Origin: an uncultured Solirubrobacteraceae bacterium
GTDB lineage: Bacteria; Actinomycetota; Thermoleophilia; Solirubrobacterales; Solirubrobacteraceae
Assembly (NCBI GenBank): GCA_963808675.1
Contig: CAWEGS010000007.1
Coordinates: 457,760-521,759 of the forward strand
Direction of reading: 5' to 3'
Length of the DNA: 64,000 bases
Each line of letters begins with the position of its first letter. Positions within the stretch are counted from its first letter, which is position 1. Below the pieces are notes generated by a model. The model did no database searches. It saw only the letters and a program-made list of their open reading frames with translations, and was not told the origin of the DNA. The translations under genes and the position numbers were made by a program. Positions 49,847-58,196 of this stretch are shown in pieces.

Positions 49847-50401
49847 GTGGAGCCGGACCGTGCAGATCGCGCCGAGGAGGCCGCCGCGGAGTACCTCGAT
49901 GTCCTGCAGGACATCGAAGCCGCGCAGGAGACCGAGGTCGTCGAACAGGCGCTGACCGCGGCTCGCGAGCGGCTCGGAATGGACGCCGCCTACCTGACGA
50001 CTGTCGGGCCCGAGCGCCAGCGGCTCGATGCCCTCGTCGGCGACGCGGGCGTGATCGGCGCGCAGGCGGGCGCCTCGATCCCGGTTGAGAAGACGTACTG
50101 CGCGCGGATGCTGCGCGGCGAGATCCCCCGCCTGATCCCCGACACGCACGCCGAGCCCGGGGTGAGCGACCTCGGAGCGACCCGGCTGATCGGGGCCTAC
50201 ATCGGGGTTCCCGTGAAGCTCCCAGACGGGCGCGTCCACGGCACGCTGTGCTGCGCCAGCCGAACCTCGCGCACCGATCTCGGCCCCGGCGAGGTCGCCT
50301 TCATGGACGTGCTCGCGGGGATGATCGCCACGCGCCTGCAGGAGGCGGAGGGCAACATCGAGCGGCTCACCGCCCGGCTGCGAGGCGACGCACGTGGGTG
50401 A
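49847..50401 (+). CDS. Stand-alone GAF domain protein
   Basis: ARERLGMDAAY, TYC, IGAYIGVPV.LPDG.VHGTLCC. Confidence 0.85.
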   Translation: MEPDRADRAEEAAAEYLDVLQDIEAAQETEVVEQALTAARERLGMDAAYLTTVGPERQRLDALVGDAGVIGAQAGASIPVEKTYCARMLRGEIPRLIPDTHAEPGVSDLGATRLIGAYIGVPVKLPDGRVHGTLCCASRTSRTDLGPGEVAFMDVLAGMIATRLQEAEGNIERLTARLRGDARG

Positions 50402-53138
50402 CGCGAGGCCGGGGGCCGGACGCGTCCGGGTCGCCGCGGTCTCGCTCGCGCTCGCGACGCTTGCGCTGACCCTCGGCGGCGGCGGCGCGCCGGCCCGGGC
50501 GGCCGGGTGCCCGTGGATGAACACCTCGCTGTCTCCCGGTCAGCGGGCCCAGCAGCTCGTCGCGGCGATGACGATCGATCAGAAGATCGCGATGCTCTCG
50601 CAGGCGCAGCCGGTGTGGACGCACTACGGCGCCGCTGGGTACGTGCCCGGGCAGCCGAGCCTGTGCATCCCCGACCTCGTGCTCAACGACGCCGGGCAGG
50701 GCGTCGGTGACCTCGAGACGGACACGACCGCGTTCCCGGCCCCGATCGCGCAGAGCTCGAGCTGGGACCCGAGCCTCCAGTTCCGGTTTGGCCAGGCACT
50801 CGGGTGGGAGGCGTGGCACAAGGGGATCAACGTCCAGCTGGCGCCTGGGGTCGAGATCGACCGGGTGCCGCTGAACGGGCGCAACTTCGAGTACATGAGC
50901 GAGGACCCGTACCTGGCCGGGCGCGGGGCGACGGCCGAGGTGCAGGGGATCCAGTCAAACCCCGTGATCGCGACCGTCAAGCACTACATCGCCAACAGCC
51001 AGGAGACGAACCGGATGACGGACTCATCCGACGTCGACGAGCGGACGCTCGAGGAGATCTACGCGCCGCCGTACGAGGCCGCGGTGCGCGATGGTCAGGC
51101 CGGCGCGGTGATGTGCTCCTACAACCGGATCAACGGCGTCTACGCGTGCGAGAACCCGACCACGCTGACGACGATTCTCAAGCGGCAGTTCGGATTCGAC
51201 GGGTTCGTGGTGTCGGACTGGGGCGGCACGCACTCGACGGTGGCAGCCGCCAACGCCGGCCTCGACATGGAGATGAACATCTCGCCCGGGCAGTACTTCA
51301 CGGCGCCGCTCAAGGCCGCCGTGCTCGCGGGCCAGGTGCCGATGTCGCGGCTCGACGACATGGTCCTGCGGATCACCCGCAGCATGTTCCGGCTCGGCCT
51401 GTTCGACCACCCGGCGGCTGCCGAGCCCGGTGCCTCGAGGGCCGACGTCCGCCGCCCGCAGGACATCGGCCTCGCCCGGACGATCTCAGAGGACGGGACC
51501 GTGCTGCTCAAGAACGAGGGCAACCTACTGCCGCTCACTCGGCGCGGGCTGAAGATCGCCGTGATCGGCCCGGGAGCGGGCGTCCAGGGCTCACAGGAGT
51601 TCTACAACGGTGCGGGCAGCGGCCACATCCCCGAGGTCGGCAGCAAGTCCGACGTCGTCACCCCGCTCCAGGGGATCCAGCAGCGGGCGCTCGCGAACGG
51701 CGACACGGTCCTGTACGCGGACGGCTCGAGCGGCGTCGACGCCACCGCCGCCGCGACGGCGGCCGACGTCACGGTCGTGTTCGTCGGCGCTGAGGACAGC
51801 GAGGGCACCGACCGCTCGACCCTCGACCTCAGCTCCGGCAACTGCACACTCGGCGGCTGCACGCCGCAGCCGGTCGACCAGGATGCGCTGATCTCGAGCG
51901 TGGCCGCAGCCAACCCACACACGATCGTCGTACTCAACACAGGCGGTCCCGTGGTGATGCCGTGGCTGCGCCAGATCAAGGCCCTGTTCGAGGCGTGGTA
52001 CCCCGGCCAGGAGGACGGCAATGCGATCGCCGCGCTGCTGTTCGGCGACGTCGACCCCTCGGCGCGGCTGCCCGAGACGTTCCCCGCCTCTCAGAGCGAC
52101 ATCCCCACGCAGACGCCCCAGCAGTTCCCCGGGGCGACCGACGCACAGGGGATCCCGCACTCCGTGTACTCCGAAGGCCTGCTCGTCGGCTATCGCTGGT
52201 ATGACGCGCGTCGTATCACCCCGCTGTTCCCGTTCGGGTTCGGCCTCGATTACACGACGTTCGCGTACAGGGGGCTCGCAGTCCGTCCCACATCGCAGGG
52301 AGCGACGGTCAGCGTCGAGGTGACGAACACCGGCGACCGGGCGGGGGCCGACGTGCCGCAGCTGTACATCGCCGACCCGGCCTCGACCGGCGAGCCGCCG
52401 AAGCAGCTGAAGGGCTTCGACAAAGTGAGCCTCAAGCCCGGCCAGACCGGGCGCGTGAGCTTCCCGATCGACGCCCGCGCGCTGTCGTATTGGAGCACCG
52501 CGGTGCACGACTGGCGGATCGCGCCTGGCTGCTACGAGGTGCTGATCGGCCACGACGAGCGCGACATCGCCCAGCAGGCGACGGTCTCGGTCAACGGCGC
52601 CCGCTGCCGCGGCGCGGTGGCGAGCATCTTCGTCGGCAATGGCGCGACGACGTGCAGCCCAGCCACCGGACGCCTCGCCGGCCGCAGCCTCGGTCCCGTC
52701 CGGCTCGGCGCCACCCGCCGCCAGACCCGCCGCGCGTTCGCACGCTTCAGCCGCCGCGGCCACCGCTACATCGACGTCTTCTGCCTGGCGGGCGGGCCCG
52801 GGATCCGCGTCGGCTACGGGTCGCCGACGCTTGTGCGCCGGCTCCCTGCCGGCCGGCGCCGGCATCTGCGGGGCAGGGTCGTCCTCGTGCTCACCGCCAG
52901 CCGCCACTACGCACTGCACGGCATCCGTCCGGGCGACCGGCTGTCGCGGGCCCGTCGCCGGCTGGCGCTCGGCGCGCCGTTCCACGTCGGACGCAACACC
53001 TGGTACCTGATCCGGGGACGCCGGTCACGCGGAGTGCTCAAGGTCCAGCACGGCCGGGTCCGGGAGGTCGGGATCGCCGACTCGGGGGTGTCCGGCGGGC
53101 GGCTGGAGGCCGGGCGGTTCCTGCGCAGCTTCTCCTGA
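50394..53138 (+). CDS. Secreted GH3 beta-glucosidase with Fn3-like domain and basic C-terminal module
   Basis: GRNFEY.SEDP, KHY, MCSYN, SDW nucleophile, VLLKN, WYPGQ, YSEGL.VGYRW, FPFGFGL.Y. Confidence 0.95.
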   Translation: MGDARPGAGRVRVAAVSLALATLALTLGGGGAPARAAGCPWMNTSLSPGQRAQQLVAAMTIDQKIAMLSQAQPVWTHYGAAGYVPGQPSLCIPDLVLNDAGQGVGDLETDTTAFPAPIAQSSSWDPSLQFRFGQALGWEAWHKGINVQLAPGVEIDRVPLNGRNFEYMSEDPYLAGRGATAEVQGIQSNPVIATVKHYIANSQETNRMTDSSDVDERTLEEIYAPPYEAAVRDGQAGAVMCSYNRINGVYACENPTTLTTILKRQFGFDGFVVSDWGGTHSTVAAANAGLDMEMNISPGQYFTAPLKAAVLAGQVPMSRLDDMVLRITRSMFRLGLFDHPAAAEPGASRADVRRPQDIGLARTISEDGTVLLKNEGNLLPLTRRGLKIAVIGPGAGVQGSQEFYNGAGSGHIPEVGSKSDVVTPLQGIQQRALANGDTVLYADGSSGVDATAAATAADVTVVFVGAEDSEGTDRSTLDLSSGNCTLGGCTPQPVDQDALISSVAAANPHTIVVLNTGGPVVMPWLRQIKALFEAWYPGQEDGNAIAALLFGDVDPSARLPETFPASQSDIPTQTPQQFPGATDAQGIPHSVYSEGLLVGYRWYDARRITPLFPFGFGLDYTTFAYRGLAVRPTSQGATVSVEVTNTGDRAGADVPQLYIADPASTGEPPKQLKGFDKVSLKPGQTGRVSFPIDARALSYWSTAVHDWRIAPGCYEVLIGHDERDIAQQATVSVNGARCRGAVASIFVGNGATTCSPATGRLAGRSLGPVRLGATRRQTRRAFARFSRRGHRYIDVFCLAGGPGIRVGYGSPTLVRRLPAGRRRHLRGRVVLVLTASRHYALHGIRPGDRLSRARRRLALGAPFHVGRNTWYLIRGRRSRGVLKVQHGRVREVGIADSGVSGGRLEAGRFLRSFS

Positions 53139-53212
53139 CGGCCCGTCGGCTCAGAAGTTGGCGTCCACGAACTGAGTCGTACCGCCGGCGCCGATGGCGT
53201 ACGCTCCCGGGC

Positions 53213-53548
53213 ATGGACGAGGATCGCGCCAAGGCACTCCTGGCCGCCGAGCGCGAGCGCATCGAGACCGCGCTGGCCGGCATCGAGGGCGACGGTCCGC
53301 TCGAGAGCTCGGACCGGCTCGAGCCGGGCGACGAGGCCTCCGAGGATCTCTACCAGGACGAGTACAACGCCGGCCGGTCGGCGGATTTCCGCCGCGAGCT
53401 CGCGGCGCTCGAGCGCGCCGAGGAGCGTCTGCGCGCCGGCACCTACGGGCTGTCGGTCGAGAGCGGGGACCCGATCCCCGACGGCCGCCTCGAGGCCCGC
53501 CCGACCGCCGAGCGGACGGTCGACGAGGAACAGCGCCTCGGGCGCTGA
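53213..53548 (+). CDS. DksA/TraR-like protein lacking zinc-finger cysteines
   Basis: ALERAEERL..GTYGLSVESGDPIPDGRLEARPTA. Confidence 0.85.
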   Translation: MDEDRAKALLAAERERIETALAGIEGDGPLESSDRLEPGDEASEDLYQDEYNAGRSADFRRELAALERAEERLRAGTYGLSVESGDPIPDGRLEARPTAERTVDEEQRLGR

Positions 53549-53589
53549 CGGCGGCTGGGATCCCGGCCACCGTCACGCACCCAGCGCGT

Positions 53590-53982
53590 TCACGCGGACT
53601 GCACCACCATCAGGGTGTTGCCATCGGCGTCGCGGAACCAGAACAGCGGCGGCACCGCGCCGCCCATCCGTGAGACCTCGTCGTCGACGTCGACGCCGGC
53701 GGCCTTCAGGTGGGCGTGGGTGGCGTCGATGTCGTCGCTGCTCAGGCTGATCCCGGTCTGGATCCCGACCGGGTCCTGCTCGCGTGGCGGGACCAGCGCG
53801 ATTCCGGTGGTGCCGTTCGCCGGATACACCTCGACCCACCGGTACTGGTCCCCGAACGGGACGTCGGTGCGCTTCTCGAACCCGAGGATCGTCTCGTAGA
53901 ACTCGATCGCTCGGTCCTGATCGGTGGACGGGACGATCACGAGGTTGATTTCGTTGATGCGGCTGGTGGTGGAAGTGGTCAC
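53590..53982 (-). CDS. VOC (glyoxalase-like) family protein
   Basis: DQDRAIEFY..ILGF, RWVEV, FRDADGN; GGAGG RBS. Confidence 0.92.
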   Translation of the reverse strand: MTTSTTSRINEINLVIVPSTDQDRAIEFYETILGFEKRTDVPFGDQYRWVEVYPANGTTGIALVPPREQDPVGIQTGISLSSDDIDATHAHLKAAGVDVDDEVSRMGGAVPPLFWFRDADGNTLMVVQSA

Positions 53983-54017
53983 GACAGACCTCCTGTGGAA
54001 ATGGGACGGTGTCCTTC

Positions 54018-54045
54018 AGACCGTGGTCCACACCGGAACTCATCG
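54018..54045 (-). promoter_or_regulatory. SigG-like ECF promoter CGATGA-N18-GTCT
   Basis: The minus strand reads CGATGAGTTCCGGTGTGGACCACGGTCT, upstream of the VOC gene. Confidence 0.65.
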
Positions 54046-54123
54046 GCGTGATTACGCGCTGCGGTCCCGGGAAGCAGAAGGAGAGAGACCTGATCGCAAT
54101 ATGACCGAAAGCGAGCACTCCCG

Positions 54124-54987
54124 ATGACCACGACCAGCACGATTCCGCGCGTGAAGCTCAACGACGGCAACGAGATCCCGCAGCTCGGGTTCGGCGTCTT
54201 CCAGATCCCGCCGGCGGATACGGCGGAGGCCGTGAGCGCCGCGCTCGAGGTCGGCTACCGCCACATCGACACGGCCGAGATGTACCAAAACGAGCGGGGC
54301 GTCGGCGAGGCGATCAGCGCCTCGGGCCTGGACCGCGACGACGTGTTCGTGACGAGCAAGCTGAACAACGCGTTCCACCGACCGGACGACGCCCGCGGCG
54401 CGTTCGAGCGGACGCTGTCCGAGCTCGGCTTCGACCACGTCGACCTGTTCCTCATCCACTGGCCGTTGCCGACGCTCTATGACGGCGACTTCGTCTCCAC
54501 CTGGAAGGTGCTCGAGGAGTTCAAGCACGACGGCCGCGCGCGGTCGATCGGCGTGTCGAACTTCCAGGTCGCCCACCTCGAGCGGCTCGCCGCGGAAACC
54601 GACACCGTGCCCGCGGTCAACCAAATCGAGCTGCATCCGTACCTGCTCAATGACGCCGTGCGCAGCTACGGCGAGGAGCGCGGGATCGCCACCGAGGCGT
54701 GGTCACCGATCGCCCAGGGCGCCGTGCTCGACGACCCGGTGATCACCGCGATCGCCGACACCATCGGCCGGACCCCGGCCCAGGTCGTGCTGCGCTGGCA
54801 CCTCCAGCGCGACAGCATCGTGTTCCCGAAGTCGACGACCCCGGCCCGGATCAGGGAGAACTTCGAGCTGTTCGACTTTGAGCTGTCCCCCGAGGACGTC
54901 GAGAAGATCGCCGCGCTCGACAAGGGCGAGGACGGGCGCACCGGGCCGAACCCGGACACGTTCGCCCACGTCCCCAAGGACTCCTGA
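54124..54987 (+). CDS. dkgA: Aldo/keto reductase (2,5-diketo-D-gluconate reductase A-like)
   Basis: IPQLGFGVFQ, GYRHIDTAEMY, LIHWP, IGVSNF, NQIELHP, FPKS. Confidence 0.9.
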   Translation: MTTTSTIPRVKLNDGNEIPQLGFGVFQIPPADTAEAVSAALEVGYRHIDTAEMYQNERGVGEAISASGLDRDDVFVTSKLNNAFHRPDDARGAFERTLSELGFDHVDLFLIHWPLPTLYDGDFVSTWKVLEEFKHDGRARSIGVSNFQVAHLERLAAETDTVPAVNQIELHPYLLNDAVRSYGEERGIATEAWSPIAQGAVLDDPVITAIADTIGRTPAQVVLRWHLQRDSIVFPKSTTPARIRENFELFDFELSPEDVEKIAALDKGEDGRTGPNPDTFAHVPKDS

Positions 54988-55044
54988 CCCGACCCGAGAT
55001 GCGCGGCCGCCCTCCGCGGGCAGCCGCGCGCCCGCGTCAGCCGC

Positions 55045-55788
55045 TCACGCCGACAGCGTCCGCCCGAGGAGCCCGAACAGCGCCTCGAAATGCCGCTCGC
55101 ACGCCGCCTCGTTCCAGGCGGCGGTGTCGGACATCGTGTAACCGTGGGCCGCGCCGGCGTACACCTCGGAGCGATGCGGCACGCGGGCGTCAGCCATCGC
55201 CTGGTCGAGCGCCGCGATCTGCTCGGGGGTCATGCTCGGGTCCTCGTCGGCGTGGCCGAAGTACACCTCGGCCGCGACGCTCTCGGCTGAGCGGTGCGGG
55301 CTGTCGGGGTTGTCGGTGACGAGGCCCCCGGCGTGGAACCCCCCGAGCCCGGCGACACGGTCCGGGTGCGTGGCCGCGATCCGCCAGCCGACCCGCGCGC
55401 CCATGCAATAGCCGGTGATCCCGACCGGGCCGGGAGCGACCTCCGCAAGGAAGTCGAGGTAGGCGGGGCTGTCACGGTCGATCGCGTCTGGCGTCAGCTT
55501 CGAGATGATCGGGCGAATCGTCTGGAAGAACGGGCCGCGGTTGGCGGGGTCCGTGAGGTCGGGGATGTCCACCACCGGCGCCCGGCCGTCGCGGTAGAAG
55601 ATGTTCGGGGCGAGCACCACGTAGCCCTGGCTGGCGATCCGGTCCGCCATCTCCTCGATCCGGGGGCGCATCCCGATCGCGTCGACGACGAACAGCACGG
55701 CGGGATGCGATCCGCCGCCGTCCGGGCGGGAGACGTAGGCGTCAGCGGTTCCGTCAGGTGTTGTGATGTCGACTGTCTCTGAGCTCAT
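55045..55788 (-). CDS. Dienelactone hydrolase family protein
   Basis: GYCMG nucleophile, D, AAHGY. Confidence 0.92.
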   Translation of the reverse strand: MSSETVDITTPDGTADAYVSRPDGGGSHPAVLFVVDAIGMRPRIEEMADRIASQGYVVLAPNIFYRDGRAPVVDIPDLTDPANRGPFFQTIRPIISKLTPDAIDRDSPAYLDFLAEVAPGPVGITGYCMGARVGWRIAATHPDRVAGLGGFHAGGLVTDNPDSPHRSAESVAAEVYFGHADEDPSMTPEQIAALDQAMADARVPHRSEVYAGAAHGYTMSDTAAWNEAACERHFEALFGLLGRTLSA

Positions 55789-55825
55789 CGTCCAAGCATT
55801 GCATGTGCCGTAATCTGGGCGTCCG

Positions 55826-56626
55826 ATGAGCGGAACTGAGCTCGGACTCGCGGTTTCGGTGTTCCTCGCCTGCGCGGTCGAGGCCGTGGAGGCGCTGACG
55901 ATCGTGCTCGCGGTCGGCATCACCCGCAGCTGGCGCTCGGCCCTCACCGGCGCGGGGGTGGCCGTGATCGTGCTGGCCGCGATCACAGCGGCGCTCGGGC
56001 CGGCGCTCACGTCGTTGCCGATCAACAGCCTGCGGCTCGTGGTCGGCGCGCTGCTGATGGTGTTCGGGCTGCAATGGCTGCGCAAGGCGATCCTGCGCGC
56101 GTCGGGCCTGAAGGCGCTGCACGACGAGAGCGAGGCGTACGCGAGCGAGGTCGCCGCCGCGCGCGAGGCCGGCGCCGCCGAGCAGGGGATCGACGCCTAC
56201 TCGTTCACGATCGCGTTCAAGGGCGTGTTCCTCGAGGGGCTCGAGGTCGTGTTCATCGCGCTCACGTTCGGGGCCAACCAGCACGATGTCGGGCTGGCCG
56301 CGGTCGCCGCGGTCGCCGCGGTGCTCGCTGTCACCGCCGCCGGCGTGGCGATCCACCAGCCGCTGGCGCGCGTGCCCGAGAACACGATGAAGTTCGCCGT
56401 CGGCGTGATGCTCACCTCGTTCGGCATGTTCTGGGGGGCGGAGGGCGCCGGCGCCCACTGGCCCGGCGGCGACGCCGCGCTGCTGGCCGTGGTCCCTGTC
56501 ACGGCGCTGCTCGCTTTCGCGTTCGTGCGCTCGCTGCGCCGCTCGCCGCCGAGCCGGCCGGCGCGCCCTGCTGGGAGCGGTCCGGCCACCGACCCGGGGG
56601 CCGCCACGGAGGCGGGGACCGCGTGA
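55826..56626 (+). CDS. COG4280-type membrane protein (putative ion transporter with duplicated ExxE motifs)
   Basis: CAVEAVEALTIV and VFLEGLEVVFI, WLRKAILR, PENTMKF. Confidence 0.82.
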   Translation: MSGTELGLAVSVFLACAVEAVEALTIVLAVGITRSWRSALTGAGVAVIVLAAITAALGPALTSLPINSLRLVVGALLMVFGLQWLRKAILRASGLKALHDESEAYASEVAAAREAGAAEQGIDAYSFTIAFKGVFLEGLEVVFIALTFGANQHDVGLAAVAAVAAVLAVTAAGVAIHQPLARVPENTMKFAVGVMLTSFGMFWGAEGAGAHWPGGDAALLAVVPVTALLAFAFVRSLRRSPPSRPARPAGSGPATDPGAATEAGTA

Positions 56627-56826
56627 GCCGCCTCGAGGCGCTGGCCCGCTTCATCTGGGACTTCGTCATCGGCGACGACTGGCGTATCGCCGCCGGCGTC
56701 GTAGTTGCGCTCGGCGTGACCGCGCTGCTCGCGGGCGGGGGCGTCGCGGCCTGGTGGGTGCTCCCGCTCGCCGCGGCGCTGCTGTTGGGCTACTCCGTGT
56801 GGCGAGCCGCCTCCGCGAGCCGGTAA
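56623..56826 (+). CDS. Small membrane protein
   Basis: RFIWDFVIGDDW plus two TM helices; GTGA overlap. Confidence 0.75.
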   Translation: MSRLEALARFIWDFVIGDDWRIAAGVVVALGVTALLAGGGVAAWWVLPLAAALLLGYSVWRAASASR

Positions 56827-56841
56827 GCCGCCGCCCTACAG

Positions 56842-58190
56842 GTGCCCTCCCGCTTCCACTCCCCGCAGCCGAACGTCTCCGGCCGGGGGATCGTGGCTGG
56901 CTACGGGGCCGCGTTCTGGGGGCTCGTGGTCGTGATCGGCGTCGCCGCCGGGCTCGCCGGAGTCGTGCTGATGTCGCTGCTGCACGTGCTCGAGCACCTC
57001 GCCTGGCATTACCACGCCGGCACGTTCCTCGACGCCGTCAAGGGCGTGACGGGACTGCACCGGGTGCTCGTGCTGCTGCTCGCCGGTGCCGTGGCTGCGG
57101 TCGGCGTCGCTGGCGATCCGGCATGCGCGGGGGTTCGGTGGCCGCGAGGTGACCGAGGCGGTGTGGCTCGAGGAGGCCCGGCTCCCGATCATCCCCAGCG
57201 TCGCCCGCGGCGCGCTGTCGATCGTCGTCGTCGCGCTCGGCGCCTCGCTCGGGCGCGAGGCCGCACCGCAGCTCGCGGGGGCGTCGTTCGCCAGCCGGCT
57301 GTGCGAGCAGGCGGGCGTGCCCGTCTGGCAGCGCCGCCTGCTCGTCGCGTGTGGCGCCGGCGCCGGGATGGCGGCCGTCTACAACGTCCCGCTCGGCGGT
57401 GCCCTGTTCGCGCTCGAGGTGCTGCTCGGCACGCTCGCGCTCCCGCTCGTGCTCCCCGCGCTCGCCACCAGCGTGATCGCGACCGCCGTCGCCTGGGTCT
57501 CCCTGCCGCACAGCCCCACCTACCAGATCCCCACTTACGGCCTGCACGCCTCGCAGGTCGTGTGGGCCGTGATCGTCGGGCCGCTGGCGGGGGTGGCGGC
57601 GGTTGGCTGGGTGCGGCTCGTGACCTTCGCCCACCGCCACCGTCCGACCGATCGCCTCCGCTACGTGGCGCCCGTCGTCGTGCTCGGCACGTTGGGGGTG
57701 ATCGCGATCGCCTACCCGGAGCTGCTGGGCAACGGCCAGGACACCGTCGAGCTGGGACTGACCGGCGGGCTGTCGGTCGGGTCCCTGATCGCGCTCACGA
57801 TCCTCAAGCCGCTCGTCACCTCGGCGTGCCTCGGCAGCGGCGCTCCGGGCGGGCTCTTCACGCCGACGCTCACCTACGGGGTCCTGTTCGGGGCGCTGCT
57901 CGGGCACGTGTGGACCGGGTTGTGGCCGGGCGCCGCGGCCGGCAGCTTCGCGATCATCGGCGGCGCCGCCGTGCTCGCCGCCTCGATGCAGGGGCCGCTG
58001 GCAGCCGTCGTGCTCGTGCTCGAGCTCGCCCACCACACGGACCAGTTGATGGTCCCGCGTCCTGCTCGCCGTCACGGGCGCGACGGTCGTCGCCCGCATG
58101 GTCGGGGCGAACTCGATCTACTCCGCCCGGCTCGGCGAGGACGGGGAGACCGCCGGCCAGCGCGATCTGGCCCTCGAGCTGCTCCGCTGA
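56842..58190 (+). CDS. ClC family chloride channel/antiporter, frameshifted near 57100 and 58058
   Basis: SLGREAAP, YNVPLGG, GNG, GGLFTP, NSIY. Confidence 0.87.
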
Positions 58191-58196
58191 ACGCGC

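Noticed and set aside
56842-58190. Fluoride-specific CLC-F
   Set aside because: It has GREAA and GLFTP rather than the GNNLI, GREGT and GEVTP signatures, and I saw no fluoride riboswitch.
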